Positions 37,941 to 50,600 of a DNA stretch of 64,000 bases are shown here, piece after piece. Below the pieces are notes generated by a model. It saw nothing but the letters and a program-made list of their open reading frames with translations. It ran no database searches and had not been told where the DNA came from. The position numbers were made by a program, and so were the translations under genes. The DNA is taken from NCBI GenBank assembly GCA_003140935.1, contig PLLJ01000038.1, positions 6,858 to 70,857 on the forward strand, written 5' to 3'. Origin of the DNA: Candidatus Omnitrophota bacterium (lineage in GTDB: Bacteria; Omnitrophota; Omnitrophia; Omnitrophales; Aquincolibacteriaceae). The stretch's first letter is position 1. Each line of letters starts with the position of its first letter.

Positions 37941-38678
37941 TTACCACGGGAAATAGTCGGACTGGATGAGAGCTTTCGTTGCTCGACCGACACATCCAGC
38001 CTTCCCCATGCAGCCTTTCTTGCCTTCTTTTTCGTCCTGTTCAAACGCTTGGCGAATAAGAAAATACTGATTTTTATTATCGGGACGATGCAAATTTTGA
38101 CCGGATTTTTTTTCCCAATATGCAAGCGCCTTGTCCATAAAAGTGATGCCGCCCTTATAATTTCCTATTTGGTCATAGCATCGAATAAACGCTGAAGCAA
38201 CGGTTGGGGTTAATCCTGGATTATATTTTGAGGGTGGCAAGATATCTTTGTATTTGCTTTCCATGTACTTGATAAATTCAAGTATTGCCTCGGGAGATTT
38301 CGCGTCTCGTATTTTTATGACTGCTTCCAACTCTGTTTTTTCGTTCTGCCAATTCCATTGCGTAGGGTTCATTTTGACCATAGGGTTCAAGACGTCTAAA
38401 GCTTTTTCATATTCACCTTCCAAGTAATATGTTTCAACAATTAACCCTTTCACTAAAGAATCTTGAAAGGCTTTCATCTTAAGGGCGGGATTATCCGCCT
38501 CTTTGAATTTTGAAAGCGCTTCGTCGTAAAAACCTTGTTTGAGAAATGACTGCCCTTCTCTCTCAAGTTTGTCCTGACGAAAAGCCTTCCATAAGTCATC
38601 ATCCGGAATAGCCTCTGACCAAACGATAGGAACAACATTAAGAAATAAAAAAATAAGCAATACAACTAGTCGCTTCAC
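37941..38678 (-). CDS. Secreted TPR-like partner protein, paralogue 1 (putative cognate immunity)
   Basis: GTG start overlaps the giant gene stop (GTGA); signal peptide MKRLVVLLIFLFL; TPR-like helices. Confidence 0.88.
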   Translation of the reverse strand: MKRLVVLLIFLFLNVVPIVWSEAIPDDDLWKAFRQDKLEREGQSFLKQGFYDEALSKFKEADNPALKMKAFQDSLVKGLIVETYYLEGEYEKALDVLNPMVKMNPTQWNWQNEKTELEAVIKIRDAKSPEAILEFIKYMESKYKDILPPSKYNPGLTPTVASAFIRCYDQIGNYKGGITFMDKALAYWEKKSGQNLHRPDNKNQYFLIRQAFEQDEKEGKKGCMGKAGCVGRATKALIQSDYFPW

Positions 38679-41600
38679 GTTTGTTCCCTTGTTTGCCAAC
38701 CCGGCAATCTAATTACCCAGCGATTATTTTCATAGCTAAAACAACCGTCATACTCGAGAGGTGGCCATGTAAGAAAATATGACAGTTCTTCAGTAGAATC
38801 AGCTTTCAACATCAACCGTGTTACAAAATCGCTGACGGTGGTATTCCATCCGGGATCTGAGAGATCATTGCGCTTCATGTAGTAAAGATGTTCGGCCCCC
38901 ACAATTTCAATATTAAAAAGCTGTCGTGTAATTTCTCCATTGGGACCGATGACGCCATCCACAGAAAATCCGAACAAACTATCCCGATATCCAGCAATGC
39001 CTGTCTGGTAAAGAATATCTTTTGTCCCGTAGATATTTACGAATGTCTCGGCTCCACGATTGGCCAGTGTCGGGAAATTCCATGCTGGAACTTTCGGCAA
39101 CACACTGATGATCTCACGCAGCTTGTCTATTGCCAAGCTTGAACCTCTGGATACCAAATCCACAAATTCGTCAGCTAAATGTCCGACATTCAGCACATCG
39201 AGATGCAGCTTCCCTAAAAGGGATTTTAGCATCGCATTCAAAGCGCCCGTAAGCCATCCGAGCACTTTCCCAATACTGCTTTGTGCAAAATCAATGAGAG
39301 AAAGCACCACATTTAATAACTCTGACGATGCTAAACTTAACGTTGCCGCACCAAGACCAACAAGACTTTTGACATTATAAAACTCTGTGGCCAGGCCTTC
39401 AACCAGCGGAAGCAATCCCCCTGAAAATCCCATACCGACGATGGGTCGCACCATGGCTTGTACATTGCTAGCAAGTTGTCGCATTACATCTATAACTAAT
39501 AGCGAATGGAAGCTACCGCTCTGTGATTCAAGAACCCACTTAAGAATATCGATGCCACCGTCGACCACATCATCACCGATAGTTGAGTGATACAGTTCGA
39601 TAGGCAAGGTATCTTCTCGCGGGACAATCGTCTGATTACTTTTTTGGAAAAGATCATATTCCAAATTTGTTATATAAGCCGGCACACCTCCCGAATCGTT
39701 ATCAATCCCGTTAGCCAAAGCATAAAGATCTCCGGAGTCATTCTGCGACGCTCCGTTTCCCGTGTTGACCTGAGTATTAACCTGTTGTAGAAGTCCGTTT
39801 TTGAACACAAAATCCATGGCCATCGGCAAAAACTTGAAAACCATGTTCCAAAAGCTTGGCGAAGAATCAAATTGCTGAGCATCGGGGTGACTACCGTCGA
39901 TAATGATCGTCCCGTCATTGTTCTCTGGTTCAAATTCACCCATGAGTGCTCCATTTTGATAAAGTTTCCCTCTTTTGAGTTGGCCATTACTCACCTCTCC
40001 GGCGAATGCCCAATCGGCTACGACATTACTGATGAAAGTTCCGGACAGAAGGGCCCATTTGCCGGCAGCATCGAAACCAAAAGTGCCGAGTTGCGTAACA
40101 CCATTTTCTTTTTTACCGATAAAATTGCCCGCAAGGTCATAAAAAAGAGATGCTGTGCCGTCGAGTTTCTGTTCCAGGACGCTTTGTCCGTTAAGCGTGG
40201 CGGGGATCTTTGCCGCAGAACCGATGAATCCTCCGATACCCCCGAAACTTAACAATTTCTCTATTGTCTGGCGACTAAAAATGGATGTCACCATCGATTC
40301 CAACGCCCCGGCAAGGCTTTTTTCCTGGATCAAAGAAGCAAAATCGCGTACCCCCTGAAGCGCTGTCTGGATAATGCTGTTCACGGCGTTAAATGGGGTG
40401 AAGACCGCCATTTTGAGAATATCCAGAATGCTGCTGAAGAGACTTCCGCTACCCACAGCGCTCCCTATAGAACTTAAAATATTTCCACTCAGGAGCGAAC
40501 CGAAAATTGGATTACTTGTCGCGCCTCCAAAATCGAATCCTATCGACTTCGCACCGGCGGCAAAACCGTTTTTGATCGCAGCGGAAAGACTGGTGAAATT
40601 GATCGTGTTCGCATGAAATAAACTGTCAAAACCAACACCGACACCGGCTCCAAGTGGCAGAGATATGAGTGAGGTCAGACGCGGGTCGATGCCGAGGGCG
40701 TTTCCCAAGGCCCAGACACCGGAGAGGGTTAATTCTTTCATCAGGTCCGGGGCGACGGTCTTGAAAGCCTCCGGGAGACTTGCCCCGCCTTCCACGGAGC
40801 CGGTGATAATACTCGCAAGAATGCCCAGGTTCGTTGCTATTGGGGGAGGAAGACCGATATGCAGGGCAAGCTCATTAACGCCCGACATGGCAAGATTGGC
40901 CACGGCGGAGTTTAAAAACGTGGTTCCCAATCCAATCTGACCACCGGCAAAGCCAAATACCCCGCCCGTGATGAAACTGCCGATCAGGTTTTTAATCACC
41001 GGGCTTTTGATTCCGATCTTATCCAGAACGATGCCGGTCCCTTTACTCAAGGCGATGCTTAAGACTTGGAAACCGATTACTTGAAGCGGGGCCAACCCGA
41101 GAAATCCACCCGCTGCAGCAAAAAACAAGAAATTCCCAAAATGACCAACCGCTCGCTGAAGCGACTGAAACCCACCATTCAGATCCCCGCTCAAAATGGC
41201 CCCGACAAAGCGAACAGCCTCAAAAAAGAACTGACCGAACGAGACGAGGCTTTTCCCGAGCTCCAACACAAAATCCGTGAGCGACCGGACCACATCGACC
41301 ACAAGATCGACGACATAACGCAATACTGTTTTCACCGCTTCAAAAACAGCCTTCACCACCTGGATCACCGTATCAAAGATCTTCTTCAGGATTCCGAAGA
41401 TGAAACCGAAGAATGCGCCTGTGATCTGCTGCGTCTCCCGGCCCGTCATGATCTTGGCGTTGTTCGAAACTTGCGTCGGCGTTAGCGCGATCCCCTCGCC
41501 CTCTACGGTCACCATCCATATTTTTTCAAATTCCGATCGCGCAAGCGTTTGCGCCTCGCCTGACGGCCCCACGTTTTTTTCGATATAGGTCACCACCTCG

Positions 41601-44600
41601 ATCATGACGGGAGCGCCTTGTTCATCTAGTACCGGATCGCCGTTTTCGTCTATTTGTGCCGCAAGTTCGATTTTCGTGACCACAACATAATGGTTGCCAT
41701 TCATATGAACCAAAACCCCTTTGCCCAGGGCAACTTCGCGCTTGAGTTCATCAAAAGTGACTTTGGCGGGGGTTAAGAGTACGTTCCGGTTCTCGGCAAC
41801 CCGGTTGAGGGCGAAAAGGGAAAGCTCAAGATCCCCGGTCGTGAGCGGATGGATCACGCCTATCATAATGTCAATCAGGATCGCTTCGCGGGCGATATCA
41901 AAAAGCGTCGCGTGAACGTTGCCTTCTTCGATCAACTGCTGGATCGCGAAAAAGGCGGAATGACCGAAATGAAGGTCTCGGGAATCGAGCCAGGCCAGGA
42001 TCGTTTCTATTTCAGGAGCCGTGACGGAGATGACCTCATCCAAAGCCAGACCCAAGGATCGTATCTTGGCAGAACGTTCCGCTTCGTCTGACGCGAGATA
42101 CTGTTCCAGAAAATCCCGGACCGCCGCTTTGATCGCGTTTACTTGCTCCAAACGGGCACTGTATTCTTCACTGCCGCTCAATTCGCCGGCAAGTTTCGGA
42201 ACATTGGCCCGTTCAGGATCGATCCCAAACGCTGATTTGAAATATTCCACAAGGATATCCCAGGAAAATAATCCGGAGATGGCTTTCGCCTCATCGGCCG
42301 TGATCAGAACGGAACCCGGCGCGAGCGGCTGATCGGTGAACACCGCTCCTTGAAGGCTGTTTTCCTTAAGCCAGCGGCTCAAGAACTCGCTTTCAGTCAC
42401 GGTTACTTTTTCTCCGCCAAAGCCGTCATCTTTGGGAACGAAGACATATCTTTCAATATAAATGATATTGCCACCGGCATCCGGAATCGGCACCCCGTTT
42501 GCGTCGAGCCACGGCACGAGCTCGATCTTCAGTTCCTGGGTCCGGTTGCCAAGACTCCGTTGGACAAAAGTCACATTCCCGCCGCTCACGTCTGTCACCA
42601 TCACAAAACCGACATCCTTAAGAAAGGCTAAAACGCCCTCTTGAGACAAACCCGACAACGCTTTCAGCTGATCAAAATTCATCCAAACTCCTGTAAAATT
42701 CAATCCGCGAGCCTCGACGACCTTCTCTAATGAAAAGAGACTCACTTGATCGTCTCCGATCTCGCGCTCAATCCATGCATTGATCTCGTCTTCGGACGGG
42801 TCTCTTCCGAGGATCTTTCGGTAGTGATGGAAAAGAACGGGGCTTAATTCTTGTTTCAGGATCTCGCGGTAGGTGACCAGCTGCTGTTTCTCCAACTCGA
42901 CAAATGCTGTCTTGGCATCTGTTTCTATCTCCATTTTCTTCTGGGCCACGACGGTATCCAGTCCGGCAAGCGCCCCGACCGTTTGTTCGCGGAGGTCCTT
43001 CTCCATCCGATCCAATTCCGAAAGAGGTGCGCTCACATCAACTTGAACGTTCTCGCAAGATTTAAAAAACAGGATTGTATGGCAGACCTTCTGAGAACTG
43101 AGCTGCCGAATTCTCTCACGCTCGGCGTTGATCGCAGCCAAGCCTTCGTTCAATTTGTTCTGGATCGCCTCGATCGCGTAACCGCGCTCAACGGCAAGCG
43201 TCATCAATGCTTCCGTTTCCTGACGCGAAACTTGCGTCTGAGCGGCGATGATCTGTTCCTCTAGTTCTTTCCTTGCATCAATGAGATGGACGGCGATCAG
43301 ATCCCCGGAGGCGTCATACTCGTGATCGATAAGCAAATTCCCGTCCAAGTCCGTAACGTAGTCGATTTGATCATCGACGTAGTGCGCCACGGTGTTATTG
43401 GCGCGGGCGGCCATCAAGAGTTTGCTGTCAGAGGCCCGATAAGCCGCCGCGATGATCGTTTCAGGGTCGAGCACCGCACCCTTCACGATGCCGAGAGTTG
43501 AATTATAGAGCGTCTGCGCTTGGCCTTCATCAAGCTGATCCGGCGACCGGAGAGAGAATTGGGCCGCGGCCTGGGTCTCAAGAGCCGCCTTTTTCAAAAG
43601 CGTCTCATTGATGATCGACGGCACTTCCGGCCTGTCTTTTTGATCCTTAAACGCGATTGCGATCCCGGTCCAATCTATGGCGGGCATATCCCCACTCGAA
43701 AAGACGAGCGGAGCATCCGTGATATCCATCGCAACATTCCCTTTGGGAGAAATCTCGATCGCGTAAAGATATTTTACGGAAAGGTCGGGAAGTGGAATGT
43801 AGACATAGGGAGACCCGACTGCGGATTGGTAAGTTTGCTGACTAAAAAGAGAGTTCGTGAAATTCGTGGCGTAGAAACTCACCGTGAAATTCGAACCCGT
43901 CATTTTAATCCGGAGATAATTTTGATTCGCACCGTGTAACGGGATTGAATTAACGCTTCGCCAATAATCACCGTTGAAATCAAAAAACTCATTAGCAGTC
44001 CCGACCTGCGTCCCTGGAGCTTGAAGAACCCCGTTCACCAGCGGTCTTTCCTTGGACCCGATCCCGGGAAGCGCTGCGTTCAATACCGCTCCGTTAAATA
44101 GAGGCGCGTAAATGATCGCGTTGACCAGGTTGTCTTGAGAATCAACAGTGATCTGACGCGCTCGGGAACCGTCTGCGCGTTCAACCGCGGTCAAAACTCC
44201 GTTCGCGTCATAGATCAATCGGTCGCAACCCGCACCCACCGGTTTCCGGATCTCGGACACTTTCCCGGAAGGGCCGTAGAAGAAAAGAGTGCCATCCAAC
44301 GTTTTTTTGCTGGTAACAACGCCGTTTTGAAGGGTGGTAACGATACCGTCCTTCGTGTAAATGCAGGATTGCGCGTTTCCTGCCGCATCTAAAACGATCT
44401 GCTCAATCTTTCCGCCACCCCCCGTCAAGGTCACCGAACTTAAACTTCCTGAGGAGTATTCCCAGATTTCTCCGCCCGGAGTCTGGAGCCGGAGCAAGCG
44501 GCCGTTTGCATCATAATCGATCTGCGTGGTGTCCGGAAGAACCGCACGGATCAATAGGCCGTTCTTATCATAAATTCTCTGACCGTTTTTGTCCTCAACG

Positions 44601-47600
44601 CCGATTGATTCGATCTCCCCGGAAGCGTTTCTCGTATAAATAAGATCCGTGATCTCGCTCTGGGCGTTGATCAATCTTTCCAAAAATCCATTCTCAAATT
44701 CCTGGATCTCTCCGCCTGGAGAGCTCATATAAAACACTTTCCCGTTCTCGATCAAAGCGACCCTTCCGTCTGGAACTGGCAGATGTACTTCGGCCCGCTG
44801 GATCACCATTTGAGTTATATGATTTTCGTCCACGAAAGATTGAACGATCAGGTTTTTGATCACGGTGCCGTCTGTGGTGATGATCTCGACGGGTTTTTCC
44901 CTGCTGTATTCGATCGTGCCGCGGGAATCTACGATCTTCACCAGTTCCTGAAGCAGGAGATCCTCGGCTTGCCCGTCCGAAAGAACGGAATATTTATAAT
45001 ATTCGCCTTTGGCCGTGATCAGTTCTTTCAAGAACCCGTCAGCGCCGTAACGCCTCGAAATGCCTGTCGCTTCTTCCGTGATCAGGGTATCGTCGCCGGA
45101 GTAAGCGTAAGCAAATGAACCGAAAATGCGGCCCGAACGAAAGGTGACCGCTTTTGCGATCCGACCGGAGCCGTCGTAATCATAGGCCGTCTGAAAACCA
45201 CTATTTATATTGTTGATCGAGATGAGTTTGCCTTTCAAGAAACGACGGATCTGATTTTCCACCGTATCTTCAATCACGGTGATCTCGTCCCCTATTTCGT
45301 TGAACTCGTAGGAGTAAAGATAAATAAGCACCCCGGCTTTTCTGATCTCGCGTATTTTTCCGTACTCGTATTTCACTTCGGTCGTTTCGGGATCGATCTG
45401 ATCGGGATCAAAAATCACCCGATTGACATCACTGGACCCGGCAGCATAAGAGTAATGAACGGCCTTCCCTTCCGGAGTGATGATGGTCTCAATGCGATCG
45501 TTTTGATAGATGGCCTGGGATGCGTTTTGAAAAGACACCGTTGCATTTCCGCCATTTGAGGTATATTCGATCTTAAGCGGAACGTCCCCGGACGGTGTAG
45601 TGACCGCGGGCGCAAATTCAAATCCGGCATCCTCCCAGCCTGACACCGATTTTTTCCATGCTCCGTTTACGTCTACCGAAGGATCAAAAGCAGGATCGCT
45701 GTGAACCGCGGAAAGGAGGTTCATATTCCGGTCATAAACAGCCGAGAGAACAGTGTCCGGCGATAGTCGCGCTTGCAGCACTCCGTTCTTGAGACTGGTT
45801 ATTTGAAATTGGCCATCACTCACTTTAGATGAGTTGAAATTTTCAGCAGCAGTAAAATTTTGAGAGCTGCTTTCCAAGGCCGACTTTTTAGACAGAGCTA
45901 CGCCGATTCTTGCTGGAAAACCGGGAGCCGTCTTTTGATTTACGAAAGATGTAGCTGTATTGACCCACGCCACTGGCTGATAATTTGCACTCGAGCAGGC
46001 AAGTGGAGTGTCCGTGATATCCACCGTGGCATTCGCTTTTGGAGAAATCTCGATTGCGTAAATATAGTTCGTGGAAAGATCGGGAAGCGGGATATAGACG
46101 TAAGGGGACCCCGCCACAGACTGATAAGTTTGCTGGTTGAACAGAGAGGAAATGCTTGAAGAGGAGTAGAATTTGACTGTCACGTTTGAACCGGTCATCT
46201 TGATACGGATATAATTTTGGTTCGAGCCATGCAGCGTGGTCGAATTAACTTCACGCCAATAAAGCCCGTTAAAGTCAAAAAACTTACCGGCAGTCCTGAC
46301 CTGCGGCCCCGGAGTTTGAAGACTCCCGTTTACCAGCGGTCTTTCATTAGATCCTATCCCGGCAAGCGCCGAACTCAACACCGCGCTGTCAAATGAAGGT
46401 GAGTAAATAATCGCGTTAACGAGAGCATCCTGAGAATTGGTGGTAATTTGACGAGCTCGAGAACCGTCCGCCCAAGTGATCTGAGTGATCTGGCCGGAGG
46501 GACTGTAGGTGATCCGATCGCCATTCGTTTTGACGATCTGAGTGACATGTCCTCCTGAGTAATAAAGAGTATTTCCGCTTACATCCCGGATCTGGCTTAT
46601 CGCGCCGCCCGCAATCGTCCAGAGTGAACCGTCCTTGGGATCGTACGTCCCGCTCGCAAGATTGCCGTTCGTATCAAGAACAATGCCGGTCAGCATTTCC
46701 CCTGTGGAAAACTTGATCGAAGATAAAGTTTGGCCTGAATAATTAAATTCTTCATTAGCGTTCGTTTTGACTTTGATCAAATTTCCCGAAACATCATAAG
46801 TAAAAATATCGCCGCTCGGATCGACCGCAGAACTCAAAACCCCCGCCGCCGTATAGGTCCTGGAGCCTAAACCGTCCTGAACGGTGACGGTGGTGACATT
46901 TCCCGATCCATCGAACGTATAACTGAAGTTCATCGCTTCAAAAGTCGGAAGAGTGATCTTCTGGAGAAGACCGGCCGCATATTCTTTCTTTGTTCCGTCT
47001 GTTTCAATAATTTGTTTCAGCTCGCCCGCTTCGATAAGACCTTCCGCGCCGCTGGGATAGACCAATACGGCACTGAGAAGCGAGCCGCCGAGATTGAGAA
47101 CAATATTCTTTATTTCGATCGAGTCCGGCCGGACGATCCGGACCGGTTTCCCATTTTGATAATTGATCGTCCCTTCGAGTTGGCTGACGACTTTTACCAA
47201 TATTTGAAGGAAAGTAACAGCCCCGCTCGGATCTGTAATCTGACTAAACGAGTACTCCTCCCCACGGGGCGTGGTCAGTTTCATGAGTTTCCCAGCCGAG
47301 TCGTAATAACGGATCGATCTCACATCGTTCGTGACGACGGTTCCACTAGTCTGATAGTCATAGACAAACCGCGCAGTCCGAACACCGTCTTGATCGATGA
47401 CGGCCTCAATGATCCTCCCCGAACCGTCATAAGTAAATCCTGTCTTGATCAGCACACCGTTGCGGGTTTCTTCCATACCGTTGACACGACCGTTTGCGAC
47501 GAAAACGTGGTTTCCTTTGTCGTTGATAAATTCCGTTAAATCCCCGATAAAAACGGGGTTGCCGTTTGCATCCGTCGACTCATGGTACTGATAGACTCTT

Positions 47601-50600
47601 CCGTCAGCGGTCAGGGATCGGGCTGGTCTGTCATTTTGGATTTCAAGGATCGTTCCGTCGACCGCCTTGATCTGCGTCAGTTGCTGATTCGCGATAACAA
47701 GCTCTCTTCCGTCCGGTAGTTTCACTAAAGCATTTTGCAGATTTCCTGTCGCGTCATAAGCCAGGTCCCGGTATAAGGTCCCGTCCGGTTTTTGAATCGT
47801 GACGACCTTGTCCTGATCGATTGTAAAGACCGTTCCGTCCGCATCTTTCAATTGAGTCAGCTTACCCTGCTCGCCGTAAACTCTTGTAATGCCGTCGCGG
47901 GTTACTGAAAAGCTATGGAATGCGCCGAACAAATCCTTCTCGGGATCATAAAGGGTTTCTTTGCCGGTAGAGTCCACCACGCGGGTCACCGCACCTGAAA
48001 GATCAAATTGATAAATGGTTCCGTCCGGCATCACTGTTTGAGAAAGCGCTAAATCAGATGTGTAATGAAGCGATGCGGGATAAGAAGAATCGGCAGGTAA
48101 GGGATTAATCGATTCGGAGATCCATTCGCTGCCTACTTGCCGGAGATGATAGGGGTATTCGCCTGCGTCCTTTTTGATCTTGGTCAGACGGCCGGAATCG
48201 AAGGAAAACTCGGTGCCGTCTCCTTTTTTCCAGAAGAGGGCTAAACCGTTACTATCCAGATCAACCTGATCATTTCCTTCTTCAATATGCGTGCTTAATA
48301 AATTGCCTGCACTGTTGACCTTATACTGATAATTGGTAATCTTGCCGTTTTTATCTATTTTTGAATGAATGCGTCCCAAGGAATCATAATAAATATGCGT
48401 GCTATCGGGCCGAAATTCCTCCGAGAGCAGGCCTCCCGAAAGCCGGTAAGCAGTTCCATTCTTGGATTTGATCCATCCCCCTTGGATCAATCCTGAAGCG
48501 TCGAAGCTTGGATTAACGAGCGTAGCGTCGGTTCCGTTCAGATTGAAAATGAGTTCGGTCTCTTTTGCCGGGAAAACGGGGTCGGTAATCGCGTTGAGCA
48601 CCACCAGATAATGCGCAGTTACTTTACCGGAAGCGTTGGGCTCCTCGATCGTAAGAAGATTCGCGCCTTCTTGCAAAGCGTAGATCTCTCTTTTTTCCGT
48701 TCCATCCACGGCATAAACCAATTCATAATTCGAGGTTGTAACGATTTGAGGAGAACGAAACTCAAGAACGGGAAAGGTCGTGTTCGTGGAAGGCGTATAG
48801 GTTACGCTATGGGTCAAGGTCGTTATGTTCCCCGCAAGATCGGTTTCTGTAACGGCAAGTGTATTCTCCCCTTCTGTTAGACCAGTAAAGGTCTTTAATT
48901 TCGACGTACCATCTGCGGTATAGCTGATAGTGAACGTATTCGTATTTGTCAAACTGGGTGTCGCGGGATCGATCACGATCGCGGGGGGAACTGTATCCAG
49001 CATCACCTTGGATAGGAGGACTGTCCTTGTATTCATCGCAGCATCCACTTCCGTGATGGTTAACGCGTCATTGTCACCCTCCGCGAGCGTAAAGATCTGT
49101 TGCTTCACAATCCCATCCGCCGTGTAATCCACCACGAGTGCGGCTTGATTCGTCAGGCTAGGAATCTGGCTCGTTACAACGATCACAGGCGGAACCGTAT
49201 CAAGCACCACCTTCGCCAGCGTGATCGTCCGGATATTTCCCGCAGCATCTGCTTCTGTGATTGTCAGGCCGGTATTATCACCTTCAGCAAGTGTGAAAGT
49301 CTTCTGCTTCGCTACGCCGTCCACCGAATAGTCCACGACCAGCACGGGTTGATTCGTCAAGCTTGGCACAGAACTTGTTATTACGACTGCAGGAGGAACT
49401 GTATCAAGTACTACCTTTGGCAGTGTGATCGTCTGCGAATTGCCTGCAGCATCCGATTCCGTAATCGTTAATCCTGTGTTATCGCCTTCCAAAAACGTAA
49501 AGATTTTCTGCTTTACAACATCATCTGCCGTGTAATTCACCACTAACGTCGGACTTTTTGTTAGGGTCGGGACTGTGCTCGTTACCACAATCACTGGCGC
49601 GATCGTATCCAGTACAACTTTCGCTAACGTGACCTTCTGGATATTTCCCGCAGCGTCCACCTCCGTAATTGCCAGTCCGATATTGTCGCCCTCTGCTAAT
49701 GTGAAAGCTTTCTGCTTTACGACACCATCTGCCGTGTAGTCCACAATCAGGGTCGGATTCTTCGTTAAGTTTGGTACCGTGCTCGTCACTATGATCGCGG
49801 GCGGGATCGTATCAAGCGTAATGGCGCTTGAATAGACGAGGCTGGCATTTCCCGCCTTATCGAAAAATTTTGCGTAAACGGTTTTATGGCCATCGTCAGT
49901 GGATAGTGTAAAAGCCTTTGAGGTCGCATAAGTTTCTGCCGCGGTCCATGTCATGTTATCCACTGAAAAACTCATGGCGCCGATCCCGCTTCCAGAATCG
50001 CTTTCCAAAAGGTTTAAAGTCACATTTTCTGAATTCGTATAAGCAGCGCCCGAATTGATATCGATTGTCCCGGTCGGTTTCACTGTATCCAAAAGCACGG
50101 TCACAGAAACAGGGCTAGACCACTTCCCGAATTTATCCATGAATTTGGCATAAACGGTTTTGTTCCCATCACCGGATGCAAAGGTCCAGGACTTTGAGGC
50201 GCTGTAAGTTTGCGCTGCTGTCCAGGTCACGTTATCAGATGAGAAACTCATTTGCGACAAGCCACTCCCCGCATCCGCGGCCGAAAGGTTCAAGGTCACA
50301 GCCGTCTGTTTGATGTACTGCGCGCCACTATTTATAGTCACGATCCCGGTGGGCGGAAGCGTGTCGAGAACAATTGATTTCGAATAAACAGAACTGGCCT
50401 TGCCGGCCTTGTCATAATATTTCACGTACACCGTCTTACGACCATCGCCGGCAGAGAACGTAAAGGTTTGGGTGGTTGCGTAGGTCTCGGCCGTCGTCCA
50501 ATTCGCGTTGTCCTCGGAAAAACTCATTTTATCGATGCCGCTTCCCGCGTCAGTGGCGGAAAGATTTAAAGTCACGGTTGGAGACGATGTGTAAGTTGCG

